Positions 1 through 14,277 of a DNA stretch of 64,000 nucleotides are shown one piece after another. The first letter of the stretch is position 1. Each line of letters starts with the position of its first letter. Source of the stretch: the human T2T-CHM13v2.0 reference genome, Homo sapiens; the NCBI RefSeq assembly GCF_009914755.1, contig NC_060937.1; one strand, given 5' to 3'. Made by a program: the position numbers and the translations under genes. Below the pieces are notes generated by a model. That model made no database searches, had not been told where the DNA came from, and worked only from the letters and a program-made list of their open reading frames with translations.

Positions 1-749
1 GTCATGCATCTTTTCTTATCATTTGGACCTATCCATCCAATATTTACAAATAGTGAAAGTAAGTCATCAAGATACAATATGACAATTTGGTGCACAAATT
101 ATTTTCCCTCAGAATATGTGTCTGGGACTCTGATTCTTAATGTTGCTAATTACCCCTCACTATTATCCAGTCATCTTTGTTATATTACTCAAAGGCAACA
201 GATCTGTATTTAAAGCGTCTCACTGAAAAGAAATAGGAAGTCCATTATTTGTATTAAATTGATCATTCTGATATGTTCTGAAAATGTACATATCTGTTGC
301 ATTTCATGGCTCAATGTGGCATAATAGAGTTAAATGACATTAAAATTCACTGCTACTAATGTTTAATATCTCACGGGCCAAATGTTTATTTTGTCTTTAT
401 AATAAATATTGATTGGCTGTATTTTTAAAGTAATATTTTTCCAAATTAGCAAACATAATTCAGTTCAGATGCCAAACTCTAGCTCTTAATTCAACCCTTG
501 CCACACTTTCCGAAGGAGGTGTGCAGAGGAAAGTGCCTTGCTGTAAAACCAGCCATGTGGTCTCAGCACCAGGCTGCTCCTTTGGAGATCATTGTTATTT
601 CATTCTTAACTTCTCAGTGATGTGCTAATCAATTGCACTGGCAATGATATTCTGAACAGTAGATTCATATGGTAGTGAGTAACTCAATATCTGAAATAGG
701 CATAAACTTGTTTAAATACTAAAATTATTGGCATTAGCCACAAAACTCA

Positions 750-1056
<307 letters not shown>

Positions 1057-2034
1057 CTCCACAACGCTCTTTAGCCATTTTCAAGAACAGCCTTCTCTCT
1101 TCAGTAAGAGGAGAAAAACACTGGAATAACAAATATCTCCAACAACTAAATCTACCTGTTTAATTTTCTGTCCCTCCTGAAAGATAGGAGGTCAGACTGA
1201 CCTTGGTGAATATTTGATTAAGGAGCAAATTGCTTTAGGAATGGGATAATTTTACTTAAACCTCAGAGCTTAAACAGGTCTTTTATTTAGGCTTAAACAA
1301 CAAATGAACATCTGTTCTTTTCAGTTTAACGAAACAAGCTGTTCTTGTACCTGATAAATACAAGCCATGGCTCAGCCAGTGAATTATAAAATGCATGAAG
1401 GATAAAGATATCGATTTGAATGTACAAAACAGGCTGGGCTCAGTGTCCTCCTGAGCATGCGTGATCAAATCAGAGAACAGTGTGGTTGGTTCCTCTGCCT
1501 GCGACCATTATTTCAGCTCCATCGCAGTCTGGGTTCTCCAAGAGGGCACAGTTTTAAATTCAATGTCCCCTTTGGTAGATGGTTCTGAGTATTAGGTATG
1601 CACGGGTGCGGAGTCTGTGTTGAAAAATATCCTAGGGCTGTATGGGAAGCAAGTACAAACCTGGCTAAAATAAACATTACGTGTGGGAAAGGCTGCTCAG
1701 GAGATGGAGCTTGGTGTATGTTTCATGCTGAGACACTTCTAATTTAGTGTTTCACTTTCATCCATTTCTTGAATAAATACAATGTTGTTATATGGCACAA
1801 CTAAAATGAAACGGTGGGACCAGCTTTGAGTAAGAGAACTCGAGAGTATTGTCATGTAAATTCTTAGCAGATGCTCTGAATTCATTTTTTATCTGCTTCC
1901 TGGTATTGCCTAATCCCAGGAGCTGAAGCATAATTCAGCATTCTTTTTTTTTTATTATTCAGCTCCCATATTGTCTGGGAGGAGAGACCCCCTGGCTTAA
2001 TGACATAAAGTACATGAATGAATCCCTGGGATTA

Positions 2035-2340
2035 AGACGGTGCTGCGGATGCGGTGCCTGAGAGGCGGCGGTTGCGGTGAAGTGAGCTCAGCGGGCCGCA
2101 GTCCTTCATGCTCGGCACCGCCACAGGCTGCCCTTCCGCATCGCGCGAGAAGAAGACACAGCGCCTTTAGACAGAAGCACACAGAGGAGGAGAGGCCACA
2201 GCAGCCTGGCCATGGCCAGACGATGGTGAACAGCCCCGCCGAGGGCCTCAGGTGGTCCCGCAACCGCTCAGGAGGGCGGGCAGCCCCTCACTCCTCCAGG
2301 CCCGCTCCTTTCCCTTCCTCTGGGTTTCTGCCAACAGCGT
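2035..2340. promoter_or_regulatory. Small intronic CpG-rich patch (candidate enhancer or orphan CpG island)
   Basis: About 300 bp of GC-rich sequence with many CpGs and a GGGCGGG box near 2273; not recognisable as an Alu or exon. Confidence 0.45.
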
Positions 2341-2581
2341 TGTGAGAGTCAGAAACTGAGTCCCGTTTCAGATGCTGTCTTAGAATCTTAAGAGATTAAT
2401 TCCTAATAAATTTGGCCATAAGGACATTAAAATACTAGTAACAAAAACAACCACCGCCACAATGAGAGAGGGTGGGGGAGAGGGGGAATATGACCCTGAT
2501 TTAGAAGACTTGGAATTTAAGGCAAAAGCAATCATAGAATTTAAGAGAATAGCATAGAGTCTTGCCTTTTTTGTTTTCTGC

Positions 2582-2903
2582 ATTATTATTATTATTATTA
2601 TTATTGTCATTATTATTATTTGAGATGGAGTCTCGCCCTGTCCCCCAGGCTGGAGTGCAGTGGCATGATCTTGACTCACTGCAGCCTCCACCTCCTGGGT
2701 TCCAGCGATTCTCCTGACTCAGCCTCCTGAGTAGCTGGAATTACAGGTGCCCGCCACCATGCCCAGCTAATTTTTGTATTTTTAGTAGAGACGGGGTTTC
2801 GCCATTTTGGGCCAAGCTGGTCTCGAATTCCTGACCTAAGGTGATCCACCCGCCTCAGCCTCCCAAAGTGCTGGGATTACAGACATAAGCCACCGCACCT
2901 GGC
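2582..2903 (-). mobile_element. Alu (AluS type) with (ATT)n tail
   Basis: Reverse-strand Alu; TSD tgttttctg(c/t)atta. Confidence 0.95.
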
Positions 2904-5713
2904 TGTTTTCTGTATTACTAATATGCTTCATTTGTACATTATTCTGTATGTTGGTTGTCTTTATCTTTTCAAACACTAAAACAATAGGGAGGAACATCTA
3001 TCATCCCATCTCCCATATTGATTTAGAAACTACATTTGACTCAAGATCCTACAGTCCAGATTAAGATGCTAGCTTTGCAATAAACTGACTGTCTTATGAC
3101 ATAATGCCTTAAAATGTCATTCTGGAGTTGTTGTGAGAAGTCAGTGATGATGTGGAATCGTCTCATATCACACCTGGAATTTATGGGCACTCTATAAATC
3201 TTCCTTTGTTTTCCTGTTTCCCTGTCCCTCCCTCCCTTCTGTTTTTCCCTCACGCTCCATTTTCAACTGCAGAAAGCTGCATGTAGAATTTAGGGAAGTC
3301 CCTTACCATACCAGTGCCCCAGACTGCAAGAGAGACCTCCTGGGGCTGCGAGGCAGCCCTTCCCTATGGTTCCAAGGAGGCTCTTGAGCCAAGAATTGCA
3401 TGGGAAAGACGTTTGCAGCAATGTGAAGTGTCACAATGTCTTCGTTTGAGTGGTGCATTTGTGTTCCTAAAAGACGATAGCAGCCTGTTCTCCTTAGTTT
3501 GGAAGTAGAAGGGAAATCCGTGTTGGCCAGCCCTAGAAGCAGTAGCCCTGGAATTGTCATAGTGATAATGCGAAGACTTCTTCCTCCCTTAGCAGAGCCA
3601 TGTGCAGACCATGGTGAGAACTGAGAAGCCTCATACGGGTCCCTGTAGATGTGAAAATAAACTCAAGACCAAATTCGAAGCCTCAGCACTCAGGAGGTGC
3701 AAAAGCCATCGCAAGATATAGCTGAAGTCCCCTTTCCATCTTTCTTGTAAATACGCAGGGCGGGGTCATGGGAACTGAGGGAGAAGACTGGTGAGCTCTA
3801 TGGCTGTGCGTCCACATGTCTGCTGACAGGCTCCAGTTCAAGGGCACGGCAAGTGCCAGGGATTGTGGGGAGATGGGAGGTGACGTGACTGGTCCTGATG
3901 CAGAGGACCCTCAGGAAGGGGCAGAATGCAAGAAGGGGTGGGCAGGAGTGCATGGTGAAAGGGGGCCCTGCCCTGCAGTGTGGGCGTGCGGAGGCTGCAG
4001 GACAGCAGAGGAGACCCACAGCAGGACAGACAGAACTAAACTGCAATGATGGGTGGATATTTCCTGTCAGAATCATGGGAAGGAGGGAAAAAATGTGCAC
4101 GTGTAGAGAACAAAATAGATTTCTGTGTGAACTAGAACGTTTTTGACAACTTTGTCTCTGCTTTCATATCCTTTTCCTTAAAAGAAAAAATAACTAGTAC
4201 TCCCTCCTTAGGGGAAAAGCACTTCTGCAATCCCCGCCCCTCCCCGTCCCATTTCTCTTTCTTATCCTTCCCGGCTCTCCACATTGAAGCAGGTTTTATA
4301 TCTCTCTCAAGCCCACTTGTGCTCCTTTTTCTTCATACTTCTCTCTGTTTTCTTGATGTATGTCAGTCTTGTTGCTAGGCAGCTGTTATGTTCAACCCAC
4401 CATGCAGCCTTCTGAATGCTGGAAATTAGCCCCAAATAGCTTGAAAATCACCCTTCCGCACCTGCTTTGTGTTTACTGTGAGAGCTGGAATATGAATATA
4501 AGTTCATAGAATGGGGGAAATGCATCCATATGTAGCCATGGGCAGACAGCCACGTTTTTGGTGTGCATGGCAGGTACAGACACCATGCAGTGCCTCAGGG
4601 AAAATGCCCAGGAGTGGTTCTAGAAGAAAGGGGACATCCTCATTCTATCAGAGCTAAAATTGCTAAATAAGATGATCTGGTGGAAAATGGAAATATACAA
4701 AAATAAATATGAATAGAATGTAGACATTGTGTGTATTTCTACAAATGTTGCTGCCTGCAAGCTTAATCGGTTTTCCCTTGCCTCTGAAAAACAAAAAGCA
4801 CTCATTGATTCTATTTCACCCTCCAGCTATTGGTCTTTTCTTTGATTGATGTTAAGAACCACCAGCTGCTAGCATCTTGATGCCATCGTAATCTAGTGTC
4901 TCCCGTGTCTGACGTTGCCATTGACGCCACAGTCACCAAATCCCACAGCCACCTCAGTGGGCATCTGCTTCTCTTCCTCTGCAGTGCTCAGCACTGGCGA
5001 CCGCATTTCCAACTTTGCCTTCCCTTGGCTGCTCCAAAATTGGACGGCTCCCATCCAGTCCTTTCTTTCCTGGTCCTCCTTTCCTCTCCCCTTCACCACT
5101 CTCTTTCTCTGCCAATCCTCCAATAGGTAACTCCTACGATATTCCATTTTTCTCCTTTAGTTTTTCTCTTTTTATTGATTATTCAGTCTTTCTGGAAGAG
5201 CACGAGGTTAATGGTTCTCCCCAAATATTATTTTGTTGTTCACAATGAAGTAATTGGAATATAACCGTAATAAGATAAATAGTATAATATCTTGAAATAA
5301 GAAAACCGCATCTTTTCTGAGGTATAATTTTGGTCCAAAAAAGTCTTGCTTTATATTTGACCATGTGCAGTAAAATTAGAATATTGCTTTACACATCTTA
5401 GTGATCTTGGCATTTCTTGGCAGATTATGTTTCTCTTAGTAAGTGTTCAATAAATACTTCTCAAGTAGAATTAAATTTCTAAGGGGTTTCAGGACACTGA
5501 AACAACATAAGTTTTACTTTCATAACAAAATTTTCCTTGAGAATGAAGCGGTAAAGCCAATATTTAACAAACAAAGACATTTTCAGAGAAAGTGCATCTG
5601 AGGTTAATAAACATTAGCTTGAAAAACATACAGTATATTTTCTAAGAAAATGATTCTCCTACTTCCTGATAGTCTTTTTTTAAGTAGTCAATTAAAATTC
5701 ACTATGTTTTAAA

Positions 5714-6126
5714 ATCAACCTAAATGCCCATCAGTGACAGATTGGATAAAGAAAATGTGGTACATATATGCCATGGAATACTATGCAGCCATAAAAAAGA
5801 ATGAGGTCATGTCGTTTGTGGAACATGGATGGAGCTGGAAGCCGTTATCCTTAGCAAACCAACAGAGGAACAGAAAACCAAATACTGCGTGTTCTCACTT
5901 ATAAGTGGGAGTTAAATGATAAGAACTCATGAACACAGAGAAGGGAACCACAGACACTTGAGGGAGAAAGGTGGGAAGAGGGAGAGGAACAGAAAAGATA
6001 ACTATTGGGTACTGGGCTTAATAGCTGGGTGATGAAATAATAGGTACAACAAACCCCCTGACACATGTTTACCTATGTAACAAACCTTCACATGTACCCC
6101 CAAATCTAAAATAAAAGTTAAAAAAA
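5714..6126 (+). mobile_element. L1 3' fragment (older primate L1PA/L1PB type)
   Basis: End of ORF2 (ataaagaaaatgtggtacatatatgccatggaatactatgcagccataaaa), then 3' UTR, AATAAA and an A tail. Confidence 0.9.
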
Positions 6127-6859
6127 GTCACCATTTTAATCTGAATCCTGTGGTGACTGCATAAGCTGTTTTTATCTCTAGGTCCATGATACATAGGATG
6201 TCAAAGTTCTGCTTTATACTGGAAGGAACAATCACTTTTGAAGAGAGAACACTATTTCATCACTTTCCTTGGGTTCTTTACACCTTTTACTAGTTAGATA
6301 TTCTCTGCCTCTTCAATTTCAGCCTGTTCTTTTAAAAATACAGACTCCAAAATGAAGACTATCTATGATGTGGCTCTTTCACTTATAATTTTGTAAGATA
6401 CTATGATTTCTGTTTTTTTTAGTGTTATAGTCACAATACGTGAATGTATGGAAGCGTGTTTTTATGCTTGAGTCCTTGATGTTGAGAATGTACTTGACGA
6501 ATGGGACTCATGTTAGATAAATTTTCATTTAACTATGATAGAACTTTTTTGAAACCCCACACTTAGTATACACTGCCAACTTAGGATGCAGACTGACAAG
6601 AAGAAGGGGAAGTTGAAAGTGGTCAGAAACCCATCACAAGAAAAGTGAGGCAAATGGAGCGTCTAACATAACACAGCTTGAGGTTGGAACCCCATGAGGG
6701 CATGAGCATTCCGCACCATCACAGAAGCTGCATCCATTTCCCAAATGCTCAGTACTGCCCTGTCCAGTCAGACAGAGGTGTATGGCAGTAAAGAGACCAG
6801 CCACAGATAAGTAATTGGCAACCAGCAAGGTAATAAATCTAGTGTGGGGGACTGGCTGA

Positions 6860-7900
<1,041 letters not shown>

Positions 7901-7914
7901 CTTGTTTACTTTTC

Positions 7915-8315
7915 TTTAAATTATTATTATTATACTTTAAGCTCTGGGATACATGTACAAAACGTACAGGTTTGTTACGTAGGTATACACATGCCATGGT
8001 TGTTTGTTGCACCTATCAACCTGTCATCTACATTAGGTATTTCTTCTAATGCTATCCCTCCCCTAGCCCCCAACCCCTTGACAGGCCCCAGTGTGTTCTC
8101 ATTGTTCAACTCCTACTTATGAGTGAGAACATGTGGTGTTTGGTTTTCTGTTCCTTTGTTAGTTTGCTGAGAATGATGGTTTCCAGCTTCATCCATGTCC
8201 CTGCAAAGGACATGAATTCATGCTTTTGTTACGGCTGCATAGTATTCCATGGTGTATATGTGCCACATTTTCTTTATTCAGACTATCACTGATGGGCATT
8301 TGGGTTGGTTCCAAG
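7915..8315 (-). mobile_element. L1PA 3' fragment with an internal deletion
   Basis: ttattatactttaagctctgggatacatgt...catagtattccatggtgtatatgtgccacattttc is the reverse complement of an L1 3' end. Confidence 0.9.
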
Positions 8316-9462
8316 ATTGCTTTTTAATTCTAGCTCTCTCTACCATAAAGGGCTTTGGCTGCTATTCCCTGCTACATTCCCAGCACCTAGGAGCATCCCC
8401 AGCACAGACTTTGTGCTCAGTCAATACTGGTGAATTGATTGATTGATCCTGAGTAAGTGAACCACAAACCCTGATTCTAGATATGAAAGTAGATAACAGT
8501 TGTTCCCCTCATCCCAAACCAGGATAAGACAGGAAGAGCAGGCTGTCTGGAAAGGCTCATGTTTACTTTTTACAGTCCATTGGTTTGCCTCAGACACAGA
8601 GCAAGTGAAGCCTAAATATAGGTGTCTTCAGTGGATTGAGGCGACCTGTGTGTCTTGGATGACAGACGCTGGGACAGTGTGGGGAGTGAGAGTGGATAAG
8701 TCCCTCTCCAGTTGCTCCTGTGCTCCGGACTCACGTCCTGCTCCAGGCTTGCAAACCGTGTGGCCTCAGATCAAAGTTACTGGGGGAACGTGTTTTAGCT
8801 CAGGAATAGAATGTGACCCTGTTTTTCTATCCTGTGACACCACCTATAGAAAACACTCATATTCCAAAAGACAAGATGTTTTACATAACACTAACATAGA
8901 GTATGTCATCCTGTCTGAGGTGATCTTTTTCTTTAGTTGAAATGTCAGAATTATACCATTTTAAGTGTCAAAAAAATATTTAAAATGAGAAAAAAGCATC
9001 AGGTGCATGATTTTTCATTCTGACTTGTTAATACTATATTCAGATGCTCGAATTATATCAATTAAATTCTTGGTTATAATTAACAAATTTCCAGAATGAG
9101 ACAATTATGAGAGAGAATTAAAAAAATAACTTGAGTGATTTCATTTCAGTGTATTACTCTGGCTAAATGTTAGAAACACATGGCTTTCCTGAGGGCATGA
9201 ATGAGTTCACTGTTAAAGAGCCTGCAGGCACCGAAGGCCAACAAACCAAGACTTCTTATTCCTACATGTCCAATATCATAGTGGTTACTGTTGAGTTTTA
9301 CTTTTTCAGTTTTTAAGGGTAAATCTTATCCTTTTCCACTCTAGAACCATCTAGGATTAGGACTTGTTAGTTGTCATCAAAACTGTAGCAACGGCGATGA
9401 AGAGCTTGGCCCTGGAGTTAGATTGTCCTGGGTTCAATTCCAGCTCAGCCACTTTCCTCATC

Positions 9463-9869
9463 TGTGTCAGCTTCCCAGAGCTGCTGTAACCAAGTACTAC
9501 AAACTCCATGGCTTAAAGCAGTAGGCATTTCCTCTCCCAGCTCTGGAAGTGAGAAGTTCAACACTGAGTCTCAGCAGGGCTTCCTCTGAAACTCTGGGTG
9601 GCATCCGCTCTTGCCTCTTCCTGGTCTCTGGTGGCAGCCATAGATCCTCAGTGTTCCTTGGCTTGCAGCTGTGTCACTGACACCTCTGCCTGCATCACGT
9701 GGCCCTCTGCTCTGTGTCTCCCGTGGCGTTTCCCTTTTCTTTTCAGGACATGAGTCATATTGGATTAGGCCCTACCCTAATGATCTCGCCTTAACTTGAG
9801 TACTCTCCAAAGACCCTAAACATCACATTCACTTATCTTTGGCGGGGGGACACAGTTCAGCCCATAACA
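9463..9869 (-). mobile_element. MaLR LTR (MLT1C/D-like) inserted in a MIR
   Basis: gctgctgtaaccaagtactacaaact...ggcttaaa...gggacacagttcagcccataaca. MIR-like sequence flanks both sides (about 9395-9462 and 9875-10010), with catc repeated at the junctions. Confidence 0.75.
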
Positions 9870-10438
9870 GCATCCCTGTGAACTTGTGTAAGTGAATGAA
9901 TGTCTACAACCATTATCTGTCTCACTATCAAAAGACGATTGTCATCCAGGCCTGTGTCTGTGAGGAGGATGTGAGGTGATATGAAAAGCCCTTTGCATTC
10001 ATTCAGGGCTCAAGAAATGCGACTTACCATCTCCTGCTCCACAGCCCCATTTCTTGGCTATCAGTTATTTAAACTTGCTACATTCGAAGGCAAGCTAGGA
10101 GACACCATAAAATGTACAAAGATGTCCCCTTACTCTGGGCGAGCTCACACACTTTGAGGAGAGGTCAGAGTTTGTAACACAGAATAGAATTTATGTCTTG
10201 TCCGGAGAAACGCAAACAGGCAGCTCTGAGGGAGGGTAGAGCGTTGCTTGTTAGGTGACTTGCCAAGGGCATCATAGCAAACTGGTTACAAAGTGGGACC
10301 TAAATCTCAGTTTTCAGATTCCCAATTCAGTTTCTTTCCCATTTGAACACATTGTACAGTTATATCACTTGTCACCTTTTAACCACTCAGACATTATCAA
10401 ACCTAACCCATGTTTGTTCATAAGAGGTACTGATGTCA

Positions 10439-10716
10439 GCTGGGCACAGTGGCTCACACCTGTAATCCCAGCACTTTGGGAGGCCAAGGCGGGTGGATCA
10501 CCTGAGGTCAGCAGTTCGAGACTAGCCTGGCCAACATGTGAAACCCTGTCTCTACTAAAAATACAGAAATTAGTTGGGCGTGGTGGCGGGCACCATTAAT
10601 CCCATCTACTCAGGAGGCTGAGGCAGGAAAATTGTTTGAACCCAGGAGGCAGAGGTTGCGGTCAGCCGAGATCACACCATTGCACTCCAGCCTGGGCAAC
10701 AAGAGTGAAACTCTGT
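10439..10716 (+). mobile_element. Alu (AluS type) lacking an A tail
   Basis: Body ends gaaactctgt with no poly(A); flanked by gaggtactgat(g/a)tca direct repeats. Confidence 0.93.
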
Positions 10717-11378
10717 TCACTGAGGTACTGATATCATGTGAGAGAATCATTAGGGGATGCCCATAACCTTCTGGGTGGTCCACATGCACTGCCCTTTGCA
10801 CAGCTTACTCCCGGTTCCCAACCCTCTACATATCCCCCATCATACCCATTTGCCCTGCTCTGTTGTACAGGGGAAATTCCCTTTCTTCTTCTGCAGAAAC
10901 CCCAATAAAAATTAATAAAGTAAAATAAAATAAAACACACAGCTACCAACTTCAGTACACGGCGTGTAAGAAATCACATTCTTGTCACCTATCAAAAGCA
11001 AAACAATTCCTGAATACTTCACCCATCAACAAATCACTGAAGTCCATTTAGTGTGAGTAAAATAATGAGCCACCTTTTTCATATCCTTGCCTCTGGCACT
11101 GCAAATTCAGTCTCAGTTACTTCAGCCTCAGTCTCTGTTACTTACCATTTTTTGTATTTTTATGCTTTCCTATACACTAAGTTTGAAACATGAGCAAAAA
11201 TCCATCTATGAGAAGAAAGGGTGGTTGCTGATACTGATAAATTCATTCTGGTTTTTGGCTAGCAAGATGATGAGGATTCTCAATCCAGGAAAAGTCATAC
11301 ACTGACTTTTCAGTGAGAATGCTGAGGATTTAAGAAAGGAAATAAGAAATGTCTTCAGCTGAGAAGGTAACTGGGTAC

Positions 11379-13021
11379 TGTCTTGGTCAGTTCAATCTGC
11401 TTTCCCAAATTACCATAGACTGTGTGGCTCATGAGCAACAGAAAGTTCTCATAGTCCTGGAGGGTGGAAAGTCCGAGATCAAATTGTCAGCAAATTCAGT
11501 ATTCAGTGGAAGCTCGCCTCCTGGTTTGGAGAGAGAACCTTCTTGTTCTCTCTATGAACTGTGTTCTCACATGGTGTTAGGTTAGTGCAAAAGTAATTGC
11601 GGTTCAGGCGTGAATATTAAATCATTATAACTAGAATCAAACACATCTTTATTAATCAAAATAGGAACCATTACAATGAACACATTTTTGCCAATGAGAA
11701 GTAAGTTTTGTTTATCCCTGTAGTGTAAAATTCTGTGCTTTGAGAATCGACAAACTCTTGGATAGCATTTTCTGCATCCCGCCACTTGCAGAAGCATTTT
11801 CCCTGCAAAAAGTTGTCGAGGTGCTTAAAGAGGTGGTAGATGGTTGGCAAGGGGTCAGGTGAATATGGTGGATGAGGCAAAACTTCATAGCCCAAGTCTT
11901 TCCACTTTGGTTGTGTGACGTGTTGTTGGGCGTTGTCATGGAGAAGAATTGGGCCCTTCCTGTTGACCAATACCGGCTGCAGGCGTTGTAGTTTTCCGTG
12001 CATCTCATCGATTTGCTGAGCATACTTCTCAGATGTAATGGTTTCGCTGGGATTCAGAAAGCTGTAGTGGATCAGACCAGCAGCAGATCATCAAACAGTG
12101 ACATGACCTCTTTTTTGGTGCAAATTTGGCTTTAGGAAGTGCTTTGGAGCTGCTTCTTGGTCCAACCACTGAGCTGGTCATCACTGGTTGTCATATAAAA
12201 TCCACTTTTGTCATACATCATAATCTGATCCAGAAACGGTTCATTGTTGTTGCATAGAATAAGAGAAAATAATACTTTGAAACTACATTTTTTTAATTCT
12301 CACTTAGTTCATGAGTCACCCACTTATCAAGCTTTTTCACCATTCCAATTTTCTTCAAATGTCAAACGACCCTAGAATGTTCGACCTTGAGTTCTTTGGC
12401 AACTTCTCATGTAGTTGTAAGACGATCAGCTTCGATGACTGCTCTCAGTTGGTCATTGTCAACTTCCAATGGTCAGCCACTGCACTCCTCATCTTCAAGG
12501 CTCTCGTCTCTTTAGCAAAACGTCTTGAACCACCACTGCACTGTATGTTCATTAGCAGCTCCTGAGCCAAATGCATTGTTGGTGTTGTGAGTTGCCTCTG
12601 CTCTTTTGTGACCCATTTGGAACCCAAATAAGAAAATCGCTCAAATTTGCTTTTTATCTAACATTATTCTCATAGGCTAAAATAAATATAAAATAAACAG
12701 CAAGTAATAAGTCATTCGCAAAAAACATAAAGCAAGAAATGCACACTAACATGATGTATAGCATAACCACATTTATTTAAGAATGTATTCCAATATCAAA
12801 CGGCAAATTTCAACAATGCGAAAACCACAATTACATTTACACTGACCTAATAGGAAGGAATAAGTCTGTTCTCTTCAGCCTCCTCTAAGCGCACTAATCC
12901 CATTCATGAAAGCTCCACCCTCATGACTTAATCACCTGTCAAAGGCCCCACCTCTTAATATCATCATATTGGGGGTTAGGATTTGAACGTAGGGACCTTG
13001 AGATACATTCTATCCATGGCA
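11379..13021 (-). mobile_element. MaLR LTR (MLT1A-like) interrupted by the Hsmar1 insertion
   Basis: tgtcttggtcag...gtccgagatcaa...ttctcacatgg lies left of Hsmar1 and cactaatcccattcatga...ggccccacctcttaata...ccatggca lies right of it; together they form one MLT1-type LTR. Confidence 0.75.
11577..12850 (-). mobile_element. Hsmar1 mariner DNA transposon, near full length, with defective transposase
   Basis: Terminal inverted repeats TTAGGTTAGTGCAAAAGTAATTGCGGTT and AAAACCACAATTACATTTACACTGACCTAA, followed by TA. Minus-strand ORF fragments contain LLHDNA and HPPYSPD mariner motifs; length 1274 bp. Confidence 0.95.
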
Positions 13022-14174
13022 GGTGTGTTTCCCAGCCTATGTTACACACCAGACTGTACTGCCGCACATGTGAGCCCTCGTTTACCCACAGTACCTGCCA
13101 AAATAAGACACACGTGTGATTCCCATGTGGCTGTCCATGAGACATGTCCCATACTCCCACTACTTGCTCTGAGGAAAGCAAGTAAATAAAGATGTGTAGG
13201 CAAAACACTCCCTCCCTTAATTGCACTAAGGAAACTGAATAAACTCATTTTAGAAGATACCAAATTTACTGCAGTGAACTTTAGATGAAACACTAAGGTA
13301 TTAAACAGAAAATAACAGAAAACTGATGACTTCAGCTTTGGCATTGCGTTTCCTTCGGCTTGCGGAACAGCCGAACATGAGAATCATAAACACAGAAGGC
13401 AACAGGATGCAACTGCATAGATCTTTGCTCATTTCCTTTCTGGTTTTCTCCTCTTCCTCCTCCTCCATTGCAACCTTGCCTGTATCTCAGGTTAACCACT
13501 GTAAGTGCAAAGGGAATTTTACATAGATTTTTTTTAAATGGATGATGTAATTTTAAAAGTCATTTTTGAAAAACCTGTAGGAAACTATTATATTGCCATG
13601 AATTTCAGCTAGGGAATGAAAGTCAATTGCTCACTGATACTTTACAAAATAAAAATGTCCCAGAATATTTGAAATATTCGATATATAATATATGGGGAAG
13701 AAGCGATTCTACCTCTCAAATAAGTATTCTGAATGGACGTTTTGGTATTCCATTATTATGGACTCTAGTTACATCTGAATTCACGCTTAAGTGGCCATAA
13801 AGAATGCTCAAATTTCTTAAGAGGTATGTTTTTAAAGAGCATGCCAAATGTTTAAAAATGGCTACTGGATTAATTTTCATTCCTTTCAAATTTCCTTTGG
13901 TTAAATGGTTTGAAGTGCTTCATGACAGTGCTAAACATATATTAGAGGACTGAAAAATATATTTGACGCGTTGTAAAAACCATTTCCCTTATAAAAGATA
14001 AGGATTCTTTCCAGTTCCCTAGTAAATGCACAATGGACAGGTATTTGGCTGTTCCTGGGATAAAGAAAGACGGGGAAACTTTTGGGAAACGATGTAACAA
14101 AGACAGCCCTGTTGAATGTGATCATGTGCTTGGCAAATGCAGTCATTGCTTTCTGTCTCTGCTGCTTTTCACAG

Positions 14175-14277
14175 GTATAAGCCACTGGCTGATACATTCC
14201 TGCGTGAGAAGAAGGAACAGTCAGCTGCCGAGCGATGTCGACTTGTTCTCCAGCAGTGTAAATTACAAGGCTGGCAG
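14175..14277 (+). CDS. MYO16: MYO16 internal coding exon (end of myosin motor/converter region), 103 nt
   Basis: Acceptor ctgcttttcacAG, donor GTtggt. Reads (R)[34 protein letters not shown] and ends in phase 0, matching the next exon. RY...(W/Y)Q-G..KVF is the myosin converter pattern. Confidence 0.93.

Noticed and set aside
11671-12627. Mariner transposase ORFs as an active or domesticated gene (SETMAR)
   Set aside because: Split by frameshifts and stops, third catalytic residue altered, no SET-domain exons nearby, and TIRs still flank it; a dead Hsmar1 copy.
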